64,000 nucleotides of DNA from a virus, in the IMG/VR virus record IMGVR_UViG_3300010401_000006, positions 1,396 through 65,395 of that record. The stretch is one strand, 5' to 3'. The notes beneath the pieces are model-generated. The model saw only the letters and a program-made list of their open reading frames with translations. It was not told the DNA's origin and searched no databases. Below, in pieces: positions 1-8,103 of the stretch. The stretch's first letter is position 1; each line of letters begins with the position of its first letter. The translations under genes were made by a program, and so were the position numbers.

Positions 1-51
1 TACGTCATGAACGACGCCGGTGCCACGGTCGGGAAATACCACTTCGACTAG
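1..51 (+). CDS. 3' end of upstream ORF (partial)
   Basis: Open frame from base 1 (YVMNDAGATVGKYHFD) to TAG 49-51. Confidence 0.4.
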   Translation, partial: YVMNDAGATVGKYHFD

Positions 52-100
52 CTCGCAACGCCGAGCGCGGGCGGCATATCCCGCGCACCTTGGACACACC

Positions 101-1225
101 ATGGACCCGCACAGCCACGCCCACGACCTCCGCCAGCCCTCCCGCAGGCTTGTCCGCTCATGGAAGACGCCTATCGAGAAGGCCGCGCTGCGTAAGATTG
201 CAGGCGAAGACCCTGAGACTGCGGCCCTCGACGCGAACACCTACGATTATCTCCTCACCTTGGCCGATAGTTGGGCGCCGGGACTGGCTGCGGCAATTGC
301 GGCCGCGCTCAAGCGCTGGCGCGACAAGGCGACCATCGGAAACCTGATCTCAGCCGTCGAGACGGGGGATGTGAACGAGGCCATCCGCTTGGTCACGGAA
401 CAACTGGGCGACCCGACCGCGCTGGCCCAAGCCGTCGAACCGCCGCTGCTCACCATCACAGGCGAAGCCGGTGCCGAGGCGATCCCCAACACTATCGTTC
501 CCGCTGTGACCGAAGCCGGAGGTCGCATAGCCGGCGGCCAGGTCAAGATGCGCTTCGACATGACAAACCCCTTTGCCATTCAGGCCGCGAAGGACAACAG
601 CTATTCGCTGATCCGGCAGATATCCGACGACACCGTGGCCGGTATCCGGCAAGTCGTGTCCGACGCGATGGCATTCGGCGGCCATCCGACCGAGCAGGCC
701 CGCAAGATCAGATCGCTGATCGGGCTCACCGAGACGCAGGCCGAAGCCGTTGGCAACTTCCGCGAGATGCTGGAGAACGGCGATGTCGAGGCGTTGAACC
801 GTGCGCGCCGCGACCGCCGCTTCGACCCGACACTCGAACGCGCGCTTGGCGACAACCCAACTGTCGAACTCACACCCGACCAGATCGACACCATGGTCCA
901 GCGATATGCGGATCGGACACTGGCTGCGCGTGCTGAGACCATCGCGCGGACGGAAACTATGCGCGCCTCGAACTTGGGTGTGCGCCTCGCTTGGCAGCAG
1001 GCTGTCGCCGACGGCTGGCTCGACGCGGGCACAAAGCGCCGCTGGCTCGCCACACCGGATGACCGGGTTTGCCCATTCTGTGTCGCTGCCGAAGTCATGA
1101 ACCAGAACGGCGTCGGCCTCGACGAACCTTTCGAGACGCCATTCGGGCCGATGATGGATGCGACACTGCACCCGAATTGCCGGTGCATTTCGGTTATAAT
1201 CCCAGCGTCCATGTCGGAGGGTTAG
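101..1225 (+). CDS. Head morphogenesis protein (Mu gpF/SPP1 gp7-like)
   Basis: RAETIARTET...W..T.DDRVCPFC...HPNCRC motif; ATG 101 preceded by GGA; track extends it to 20. Confidence 0.85.
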   Translation: MDPHSHAHDLRQPSRRLVRSWKTPIEKAALRKIAGEDPETAALDANTYDYLLTLADSWAPGLAAAIAAALKRWRDKATIGNLISAVETGDVNEAIRLVTEQLGDPTALAQAVEPPLLTITGEAGAEAIPNTIVPAVTEAGGRIAGGQVKMRFDMTNPFAIQAAKDNSYSLIRQISDDTVAGIRQVVSDAMAFGGHPTEQARKIRSLIGLTETQAEAVGNFREMLENGDVEALNRARRDRRFDPTLERALGDNPTVELTPDQIDTMVQRYADRTLAARAETIARTETMRASNLGVRLAWQQAVADGWLDAGTKRRWLATPDDRVCPFCVAAEVMNQNGVGLDEPFETPFGPMMDATLHPNCRCISVIIPASMSEG

Positions 1226-1227
1226 TG

Positions 1228-1917
1228 ATGTTCGGATCGTTTTCCGAAGCGCTCGGATCGGGTTGGCAGCGCGCGCTCAACTTCTTCAAAGCCGATGGCA
1301 GTCTATATGTCCGGCGCAATCTGAAGAACGCAGATCAACTGCACGCATGGGCGAAGGATGCGGGCATCCCGAACCTTGTCCCGCCAGAAGAGATGCACGT
1401 CACGCAGGTCTATTCGCGCGCGCCTGTCATCCTCGCACCGCTCACGAACGAAGTGACCGCGCACGGTGGAGATCGTCACATCGCGCCGCTTGGCGATCAG
1501 GGTGCCGTCGTCATGCACTTCAAGTCCGACGAGTTGCAGCGGCGATGGGACGAGAGCCGTGCCGCCGGCGCATCGTGGGATTACGCAGGTTACAAGCCGC
1601 ACGTCTCGCTGAGCTACGATGCAGGCGGCAAGGATGTGAGCACCATCAAAGCGCCAGACTTCCCGTTGCAATTCGGTCCTGAAATCCACGAACCGCTGAA
1701 CGAGAACTGGGCCGAGGACAAAGGCTTTCGGACAGCCAAGGGGTTCCGTGCGGCGCTCGACCGTTTCAATCCGGTGTCGTTCTTCAAAGACCAGCCCAGC
1801 GTCGGTGCTGTCCATGTCGCATCCGCATCAAGCGAGGCAGACGGCAAGAAGCCGAAGCGCAAGCCGAAGATGTTCACGGACGTGATGGCGAAGTTCGATC
1901 TGGCTGCGGAAGAATGA
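1228..1917 (+). CDS. Acb1-like 2H phosphoesterase (putative anti-CBASS nuclease)
   Basis: Two HxT/S motifs (EMHVTQVYSR, YKPHVSLSY) and LYVRR...WAK N-terminus as in T4 gp57B/Acb1-like proteins. Confidence 0.75.
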   Translation: MFGSFSEALGSGWQRALNFFKADGSLYVRRNLKNADQLHAWAKDAGIPNLVPPEEMHVTQVYSRAPVILAPLTNEVTAHGGDRHIAPLGDQGAVVMHFKSDELQRRWDESRAAGASWDYAGYKPHVSLSYDAGGKDVSTIKAPDFPLQFGPEIHEPLNENWAEDKGFRTAKGFRAALDRFNPVSFFKDQPSVGAVHVASASSEADGKKPKRKPKMFTDVMAKFDLAAEE

Positions 1918-2159
1918 CCGTCGTCCCGCTTCTCAAATGCACCTGTGGCCAAGCTGGAACGCGCCGCGTGCTGCGCGGAAGCACCATTGAGCGTGAGATC
2001 ATCGCTTGTGATGCCTGTTTCGATAAGACCGCTCAGCGCCTCGCGCACTTCCGGCCACTGTTCGACCAAATGATCGAACTCGGCATCAGCCGTGACATCG
2101 CAAACCGGACCATGACCTTCATGCTTCAACAGATCGACCATCCAGCAAAGGAAACCTGA
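1914..2159 (+). CDS. Small Zn-ribbon hypothetical protein
   Basis: CxC and CxxC; ATGA overlap with upstream gene. Confidence 0.6.
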   Translation: MTVVPLLKCTCGQAGTRRVLRGSTIEREIIACDACFDKTAQRLAHFRPLFDQMIELGISRDIANRTMTFMLQQIDHPAKET

Positions 2160-2404
2160 TGATGTGGATTTTGATTTTGTACGTCGGCGTAGCGCTTCAG
2201 ATGGATGCGCAGCCCGTAGGTGGCCCGACAACCGCGCAATTCCCGACGCAGAAGGCGTGCGAGGCGGCGCTGGCGCAGTTCACGGACAGCCTCGGAACGG
2301 CGAAGGGTTTTGATCAGCGCGTCGAGGAGAACCCGGCCATGATGTCGCTCGGTCCCAACTCCCGCATCTGGACCGTCAAAGGCGTGTGTGTGCAGGCGAA
2401 ATAG
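2159..2404 (+). CDS. Small putative exported protein
   Basis: Hydrophobic N-terminus, two Cys, coupled start. Confidence 0.6.
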   Translation: MMWILILYVGVALQMDAQPVGGPTTAQFPTQKACEAALAQFTDSLGTAKGFDQRVEENPAMMSLGPNSRIWTVKGVCVQAK

Positions 2405-2414
2405 CCCACCCCTG

Positions 2415-2461
2415 CTTTCCGAACCGGCGGCATCTGCCCCAGTTCGACTTTCCGAACCGGC
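2415..2461 (+). repeat. 14-bp direct repeat CTTTCCGAACCGGC (2415-2428, 2448-2461)
   Basis: Exact intergenic duplicate; 10-bp core recurs at 33543-33552. Confidence 0.8.
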
Positions 2462-2525
2462 TCCCTCCATTGCCGCGCGCGCCGTTTCGCGCTAATCGTT
2501 ACGCCGCTTTTGGTCAGGGGACCGC

Positions 2526-2924
2526 GTGGCGAACCAATTTGAAAAGCGCGTAGAGGTTCTGAAGGTCGATGACGGCCTTGGCGTCGTGCTCGGCTGGGCC
2601 ATCATCTGCAAGGAAGACGGCAAGCCCTACTACGACAGCCAGGACGATCACATCCCCGAAGAGGCGATGTTCAAGGCGGCCGTGGGCTTCATGGAAAACT
2701 CCCGCGCCACCCGTGAGATGCACGCCGGAGAACCGGACAGCACGTGCCTGTTCTGCTTCCCGCTGACCGAGGACGTGGCGAAAGCCTTCGGGCTGGAAAC
2801 CAAGCAGACCGGGCTGCTCGTGGGCTACAAGCCTCCGCCGTCCGTGCTGGCAAAGTTCAAGTCTGGCGAATTCACAGGCTTCAGCATCGGCGGTCTGCGC
2901 GGTGATGACGAGGAGGTCATCTGA
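2526..2924 (+). CDS. XkdF-like prohead protease
   Basis: V.GWA....DSQDD...REMH...GFSIGG pattern; head-module position. Confidence 0.75.
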   Translation: MANQFEKRVEVLKVDDGLGVVLGWAIICKEDGKPYYDSQDDHIPEEAMFKAAVGFMENSRATREMHAGEPDSTCLFCFPLTEDVAKAFGLETKQTGLLVGYKPPPSVLAKFKSGEFTGFSIGGLRGDDEEVI

Positions 2925-4432
2925 TGGCCAAGCGGATCATGCGCTCGTTCCAGATGGACGAATTCTCTGCGGTCGACCGGCCGGCGCAGAAGGGGGCAAA
3001 GGCCGTCATACTCAAGCGCGTCACCGAAGACGGTCCGGACGACGCCGAATACATGCGCCTGACGAAGCGCGATTTCTCCGCCGAACAGCGCCGCTCCGCC
3101 GCCGATTCTGGTGCCGCGATGCCTGGCGGACGCTATCCGATCGAGAACCGCTCCGACCTCGAGAACGCCATCCACGCGATCGGTCGCGGCAAGGGCAGCC
3201 ATGCCGCAATCCGCGCGCACATCATCCGCCGGGCCAAAGCACTTGGCGCCATCGACGCACTTCCGGACGGCTGGACGGCTGCGAAGGGCGAGTTCATGAG
3301 CCGGGACGTCGCCGCGCTGCGCGACACATTGCTCGGCACCGTCACGAAGATGGCGGACAAGCCGGAAGCACTCGGCACGATCATCGCCCTTGGCGATGCA
3401 GTCGAAAAAGCCTTTAAAACCGATGCCATTCGCGCGGACATGGAGAAAGCGCAGCCTGACATCGACGTCGCTCTGGGCGCGCTGTTCGTCTCCGCTCGCG
3501 ACATCCTGAAGGAAGCGGCACCTGCCGAACAAAACGCCCTCTTGCAAAAATCATATGAAGAGTTCAGTTTCCACATCCAAAGTCTTATGCCGGGGGCTAT
3601 TGCAAGTGCTTTGGACCCCACCGCACACAAAAACGGAGACGACGTGATGGCGCTCAAGGATTTTGCGAAGGCCCTGAACCTCGCGGAAACTGCGACCGAG
3701 GAAGACATCACGAAGGCGCTTGGCGCGGCGCTCGCGAAGGCAGCTTTCGCCGATGCCATCGAGAAGATGAGCGCGAAACACTCCGCATTCATGAACAAGG
3801 ACGGCGCCAAGATGCCGACGGGCGGCAAGGCCGCTTTCGCTGCGATGTCCGCCGACGAGCGCGACAAGCACATCGCCGCAAACTCCGCCTCCGACGACGA
3901 TGCCGACGACATGCAGAAGATGATCGCCAAGGGCGATGCCTTCCAGACCTCCGCTGGCGTGGTCATGACCAAGAAGGATTTTGGCACCGACGCGGGCTAC
4001 CAGTTCGCCAAGGCCCAGAACACCGAATCCGTCCGTCTCGCCAAGGCCTTGGGCGAACAGGAAGACGTCAACCAGCGCGCTGCGATCACCAAGCGCGCGG
4101 AAACCGAATTCCCGAACGCCGGCAAGCCCGCCGAAGTCGCCGCCATGCTGCAGAAGGTCCGCAAGGCCGATGCAACGCTGGGCGATCAGGTCGAGGCCGT
4201 GCTGAAATCCATGAACACCGCCATCGAGAAGGGCGAGCTGTTCGCGGAGAAGGGTAACGCGCTCCGCGGCGCCGGTTCCGGCTTTGAGGCGATCGACAAG
4301 CTGGCGCATGAGCTGATGGCAAAAGACTCGAAACTTACGGTCGAGAAGGCGCGCAGTATGGCACGCACGCAGAACCCAGAATTCGCCAAGCGTGAAGCCG
4401 ACGACCGCAAGGCAGCCCTGAAAGCGGCCTGA
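2924..4432 (+). CDS. Capsid scaffold/maturation protein
   Basis: N-terminal DEFSAVDRPAQ, then YPIENRSDLENAI domain, then Ala/Lys/Glu-rich helical region; upstream of capsid genes. Confidence 0.65.
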   Translation: MAKRIMRSFQMDEFSAVDRPAQKGAKAVILKRVTEDGPDDAEYMRLTKRDFSAEQRRSAADSGAAMPGGRYPIENRSDLENAIHAIGRGKGSHAAIRAHIIRRAKALGAIDALPDGWTAAKGEFMSRDVAALRDTLLGTVTKMADKPEALGTIIALGDAVEKAFKTDAIRADMEKAQPDIDVALGALFVSARDILKEAAPAEQNALLQKSYEEFSFHIQSLMPGAIASALDPTAHKNGDDVMALKDFAKALNLAETATEEDITKALGAALAKAAFADAIEKMSAKHSAFMNKDGAKMPTGGKAAFAAMSADERDKHIAANSASDDDADDMQKMIAKGDAFQTSAGVVMTKKDFGTDAGYQFAKAQNTESVRLAKALGEQEDVNQRAAITKRAETEFPNAGKPAEVAAMLQKVRKADATLGDQVEAVLKSMNTAIEKGELFAEKGNALRGAGSGFEAIDKLAHELMAKDSKLTVEKARSMARTQNPEFAKREADDRKAALKAA

Positions 4433-4494
4433 AGACTGTAAGATTACCCGCCCCCGACGCGATGTCGGCGGCAGACCCTTTGACGGAGTGAAAG

Positions 4495-4917
4495 ATGGCT
4501 TGGGAAGCACCAGTCCTCGACCTGCCGGGCCAAGTTGCCGGTTCCACGTTTGCGACGGGCAATGGCTACAACGGCACGGGCCAGTTCCTTTTCGTGAAGC
4601 TGAGCGCCTCGAATACGGTCGTGCCATGCTCGGCGGTGACCGATATCCCGCTCGGCGTCTCGCAGGGCAACCCGGCATCGGGCGATGCGATCCAGGTTCG
4701 CGTTCTCGGCGTGACCAAGGTTTATGTCGGAACCGGCGGACTCACCATCGACCCCGACACCTTCGTCGGCACCGATGCGCAGGGTAAGGCGGTCATGAAG
4801 CGGCCCACCTCGTCCGGCGCGAACTACGGAAACTATGCGCGCGGTATCGCGCTCGAGACTGCGAACGCCGGCGAGCTTGGCACGATCCTGCTTATCGGCC
4901 CTTGGACCGTTCACTAG
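4495..4917 (+). CDS. Capsid decoration/cement protein (DUF2190-like)
   Basis: LGVSQ...G....VRVLGVTKV...DAQGKAV...GIALETA..GE pattern. Confidence 0.7.
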   Translation: MAWEAPVLDLPGQVAGSTFATGNGYNGTGQFLFVKLSASNTVVPCSAVTDIPLGVSQGNPASGDAIQVRVLGVTKVYVGTGGLTIDPDTFVGTDAQGKAVMKRPTSSGANYGNYARGIALETANAGELGTILLIGPWTVH

Positions 4918-5020
4918 TTGCCTGACGCAGTGATGCGTCACGACCCTTGATGGTCTGGCCGAGCGGGTAAGGCAACAGCCCGCAGGCCAGAAATGGAGAA
5001 GGAAGGCCCGTCGAAAGACG
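4917..5020 (+). promoter_or_regulatory. Structured 5' leader of the major capsid gene
   Basis: Hairpins 4923-4940 (GUGA loop), 4955-4990, 5009-5020 (GAAA loop); GTTGCCT 4917-4923 complements AGGCAAC 4970-4976. Confidence 0.5.
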
Positions 5021-5050
5021 CCGCCAAACCCTGAGACGGAGCACTGAGAA

Positions 5051-6010
5051 ATGTCGCAGCCGACACCCCAAGACGTCCACGTAGACTTTGCGTTGACGGA
5101 CTTCTCCATCGCCTACATCCAGGACGACACGAACTTCGTCGCGCGCCGGGCCATCAAGTCCAAGCCCGTGCAGCACATGACGAACAAGTATTTCATCTTC
5201 AACAAGAACGACTGGAACCGCGACGACGCGATGAAGCCCCGTGCTCCGGGCGAGCCCGCGCCGCGCTCCGGCTTCACGCTGTCGACCGGCAGCTATGACT
5301 GCACGGCGTGGTGGACCGAAGTCCCGCTGTCCGACATGGTGGTCAAGAACGCCGATCCGAGCCTGCCGCTTGATCAGGCCGCGACCCGCCTCGTGACGCA
5401 GCGCTCGCTGATCCGTCAGGACTCGCTGTTCGCATCGAAGTTCTTCGCCACCGGCATCTGGGGCACGGATGTGGTTGGCGGGACGGACTTCACGAAGTGG
5501 TCCGACTATGCGTCGGATCCAGAGAAGAACATCGACGATGGCCAGGTCGCCGTCGCGCAGAACACCGGCCGCACGCCGAATACGCTGATCGTGTCGCTTG
5601 CCGTTCACAAGGCCCTGAAGCGCAATCCGGTCATCAAGGACAAGTACAAATACACGTCCTCGGAATCGATCACCGAGGAGATGATCGCGCGCGCGCTGGA
5701 GCTCGACAACTACATCGTCGGCAAGGCGTCCTATGCGACGAACAACGAAGGCGGTGCCGCGGCATATGCGTTCCTGCTCGGCAAGAATGCGCTGCTGGCT
5801 TATCTCGACCAGGCCCCGACGATCATGGAGCCGTGCGCGGCCGCGATCTTCGACTGGACGGAGCTGACGGCGGTGAATTCGGCCGGCGTCGCGATCGACC
5901 AGTACTACGACGTAAAGGTCAAGGATGACGTGATCCGCGGCCAGTTCGCCTTCGACATGAAGGTGACCGGTTCGGACCTCGGCTATTTCTACAGCGCAGC
6001 CGTCGCCTGA
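5051..6010 (+). CDS. Major capsid protein
   Basis: 319 aa; PQDVHVD..LT..SIAY.Q....F.A....PVQ N-terminus; W.DYASDP..NI..G......GR.PNT; position. Confidence 0.9.
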   Translation: MSQPTPQDVHVDFALTDFSIAYIQDDTNFVARRAIKSKPVQHMTNKYFIFNKNDWNRDDAMKPRAPGEPAPRSGFTLSTGSYDCTAWWTEVPLSDMVVKNADPSLPLDQAATRLVTQRSLIRQDSLFASKFFATGIWGTDVVGGTDFTKWSDYASDPEKNIDDGQVAVAQNTGRTPNTLIVSLAVHKALKRNPVIKDKYKYTSSESITEEMIARALELDNYIVGKASYATNNEGGAAAYAFLLGKNALLAYLDQAPTIMEPCAAAIFDWTELTAVNSAGVAIDQYYDVKVKDDVIRGQFAFDMKVTGSDLGYFYSAAVA

Positions 6011-6031
6011 TAGGCGGCTGAAGGAGTTCGC

Positions 6032-6367
6032 ATGGTTTCCGCAGGCCTCAGCGCCACCGTTAAGGGCCGTTTCGAGTTCAACGGCAAGCTCCGTCATTCT
6101 GGCGAGGTGATCTCTGCCGCGGAGCTGGGCGAGGTGCGCGAGAAGAATGGGCCCGGCTCGATCGAGGCGCTGAAGAGCCAGAACCTGATCGAGATGTCCG
6201 AGGGCGGCCAGGCGTTCGACACGCGGTCCCATGCCGCACACGCAGCGCGCATCGACGCACAACATGATCGCATCACCAAGCTTGAAGCGCTGGTCAAGGA
6301 TCAGGGCGAAATGCTCGAGCTTCTGAGCGCCGACATCGCCAAGCTGAAGAGCGGGAGCAAGAAATGA
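6032..6367 (+). CDS. Hypothetical head-associated protein
   Basis: RBS AAGGAG; C-terminal coiled coil. Confidence 0.65.
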   Translation: MVSAGLSATVKGRFEFNGKLRHSGEVISAAELGEVREKNGPGSIEALKSQNLIEMSEGGQAFDTRSHAAHAARIDAQHDRITKLEALVKDQGEMLELLSADIAKLKSGSKK

Positions 6368-6648
6368 CCGCCGAAACAAGGTTCTCACCCGGCGCCACCC
6401 GCCAGCCTCCGGTTCAGCCGTCGACGCGCGGCACGCCCGGCGCTTTCAACGGCGCGGTTTGTCTGCATGCGGCCTCGCAGGTTTGGAAGCTGATGGCACC
6501 GGGAACGCCCGTGAATGGCGCGTCCGGAACGGGAGCAACGTGGGCTGGCCCCGGCTCTGAATACACCGACCAGACCGCAGGCAAGCTTTACATCAACACC
6601 GGAACCGCCGCGTCTCCGACTTGGACCGTCGTCGGGTCACAGACTTAG
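6364..6648 (+). CDS. Hypothetical virion protein
   Basis: GPGSEYTD...GKLYINTGTAASPTW fibre-type motif. Confidence 0.6.
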   Translation: MTAETRFSPGATRQPPVQPSTRGTPGAFNGAVCLHAASQVWKLMAPGTPVNGASGTGATWAGPGSEYTDQTAGKLYINTGTAASPTWTVVGSQT

Positions 6649-6729
6649 CGCACGAGGCGCAACATATCGCGCAAGGCGGCGTCGAGCGCGGGAAGCGTAT
6701 CGGCGCCGTTGCTTTTTAGGAGGCTTGGC

Positions 6730-7332
6730 ATGAGCAGCTTGAAGGACTGGGTAAGAATTCTGGTCGGGGTGCTGATCCTGACCGTCCTGCCGGCCGAAAA
6801 GCTGCTCGCGCAGTCGGCGACGCTGCCGAAGATCATCCCGGTCACGAACTGCAATACCGTGACCTATACGACAGGCGTCCCATCGCCGATCTATTTCAAC
6901 TCGTCGACCGGCGCGCAGTGCAACGGCGGCGGATCTGGTGGTGGCGGGTCATCCAGCAACATCACACAGTGGAACAGCAACACCGTCGACACCGGGGCCG
7001 GGAACAGCAGCGCCGGCACGCTGCGCGTCGTTCCGGCCACGAACTCGCCGGCGCAGTCCACAAAGCTGGCATCGGCTGTGGCCCTTGGCTACCAGCAGAT
7101 CACATCGCTTTCGAGCGCGACTGCTCTGACGGTTCCTGGCGGCGCGACGACGGCGGTCATCACGTGCGAGACGCAAGCTGTAAGATTTCGCGATGACGGC
7201 ACCAACCCGACGGCATCGGTCGGCTATCCGCTCGCGGTCGGCCAAAGCATGACCTACGTCGGCACGCTTTCGGCCCTGAAGTTCATCGAGCAGACCGCTT
7301 CGGCCAAGCTCGACATCCTCTATTACCAGTAG
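6730..7332 (+). CDS. Signal-peptide-bearing virion-type protein
   Basis: AGGAGG RBS; MSSLKDWVRILVGVLILTVLPAEKLLA|QS; C-terminal GYQQITSLSSATALTVP...VRFRDDG domain. Confidence 0.7.
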   Translation: MSSLKDWVRILVGVLILTVLPAEKLLAQSATLPKIIPVTNCNTVTYTTGVPSPIYFNSSTGAQCNGGGSGGGGSSSNITQWNSNTVDTGAGNSSAGTLRVVPATNSPAQSTKLASAVALGYQQITSLSSATALTVPGGATTAVITCETQAVRFRDDGTNPTASVGYPLAVGQSMTYVGTLSALKFIEQTASAKLDILYYQ

Positions 7333-7341
7333 GAGTTCCGC

Positions 7342-8100
7342 ATGCTTCGCTGGCTCGCACTTTTTCTCCTGATCCCAACGCTGGCGCTTGCGCAGGCGAG
7401 CGTGAACATCAACCCGGCGCCTGTGAATATGCCGGCAGCAAATTCCCTGCTTCTCTCCAACGGCCCTGGCACGCAGCCATCAGGTCTTGCCCCTTCGGGC
7501 ACGAATTGCGCGGTCAGCAGCGGCGGCGCATGGACAACCGGGTCATGCGGCGGCGGCGGAAGCTCGGGGGCACTCCCAGCGGCTGGCTGTGGCTCTGGCC
7601 AGTGGTACACCGGCTTCGTAGCGGGAACTAAAACCACGATGCAGCTTGCTGCCAATCGTGCGTATTACATCCCGTTCGTGCCCATGTGCACCGGCACCCT
7701 TACGAGCCTCGGCGTCAACGTCCAAGGGGTCGATGGCAACGGATGCAGATTTGCAGCCTTCTCTTGGGACGCCACAAATTCTGTTCCCCTCACCAAAATC
7801 GCCGAAAGTCCTTCTTCGGTGTCGGTATCTGGAACGGGGTTCGTAAGTTCAACTGGGCTCTCAATTCCCGTTACCATCGGCACTATGTACGCGTTGATGG
7901 TTAACTGCGGTGGCACCCCAACATTGGTTGCCGTTCCCGTGTCCAATAGCTTGCTCGACGCTATTCTCGGAAACGTCGCACCCGGCTCCAACGGCGATCA
8001 GAACTATGGCGCCATCACCTATGGTGCTTACCCAACCACATTCCCGGCGATCACGCACAACAACGGCAATCTCAACCAGCCGCTCGTCTGGATTAAGTAG
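7342..8100 (+). CDS. Signal-peptide-bearing beta-rich virion-type protein
   Basis: MLRWLALFLLIPTLALA|QA (AxA site); 6 Cys; Gly linker. Confidence 0.75.
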   Translation: MLRWLALFLLIPTLALAQASVNINPAPVNMPAANSLLLSNGPGTQPSGLAPSGTNCAVSSGGAWTTGSCGGGGSSGALPAAGCGSGQWYTGFVAGTKTTMQLAANRAYYIPFVPMCTGTLTSLGVNVQGVDGNGCRFAAFSWDATNSVPLTKIAESPSSVSVSGTGFVSSTGLSIPVTIGTMYALMVNCGGTPTLVAVPVSNSLLDAILGNVAPGSNGDQNYGAITYGAYPTTFPAITHNNGNLNQPLVWIK

Positions 8101-8103
8101 CCC

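Noticed and set aside
4917-4990. HDV-like/theta ribozyme (also tested at 35801-35852)
   Set aside because: No P3/L3 element between the P2 5' strand and the P1 3' strand
4892-6388. 498-aa minus-strand ORF and similar long antisense ORFs (3551-4678, 48894-49643)
   Set aside because: Shadows of GC-rich plus-strand genes with no motifs
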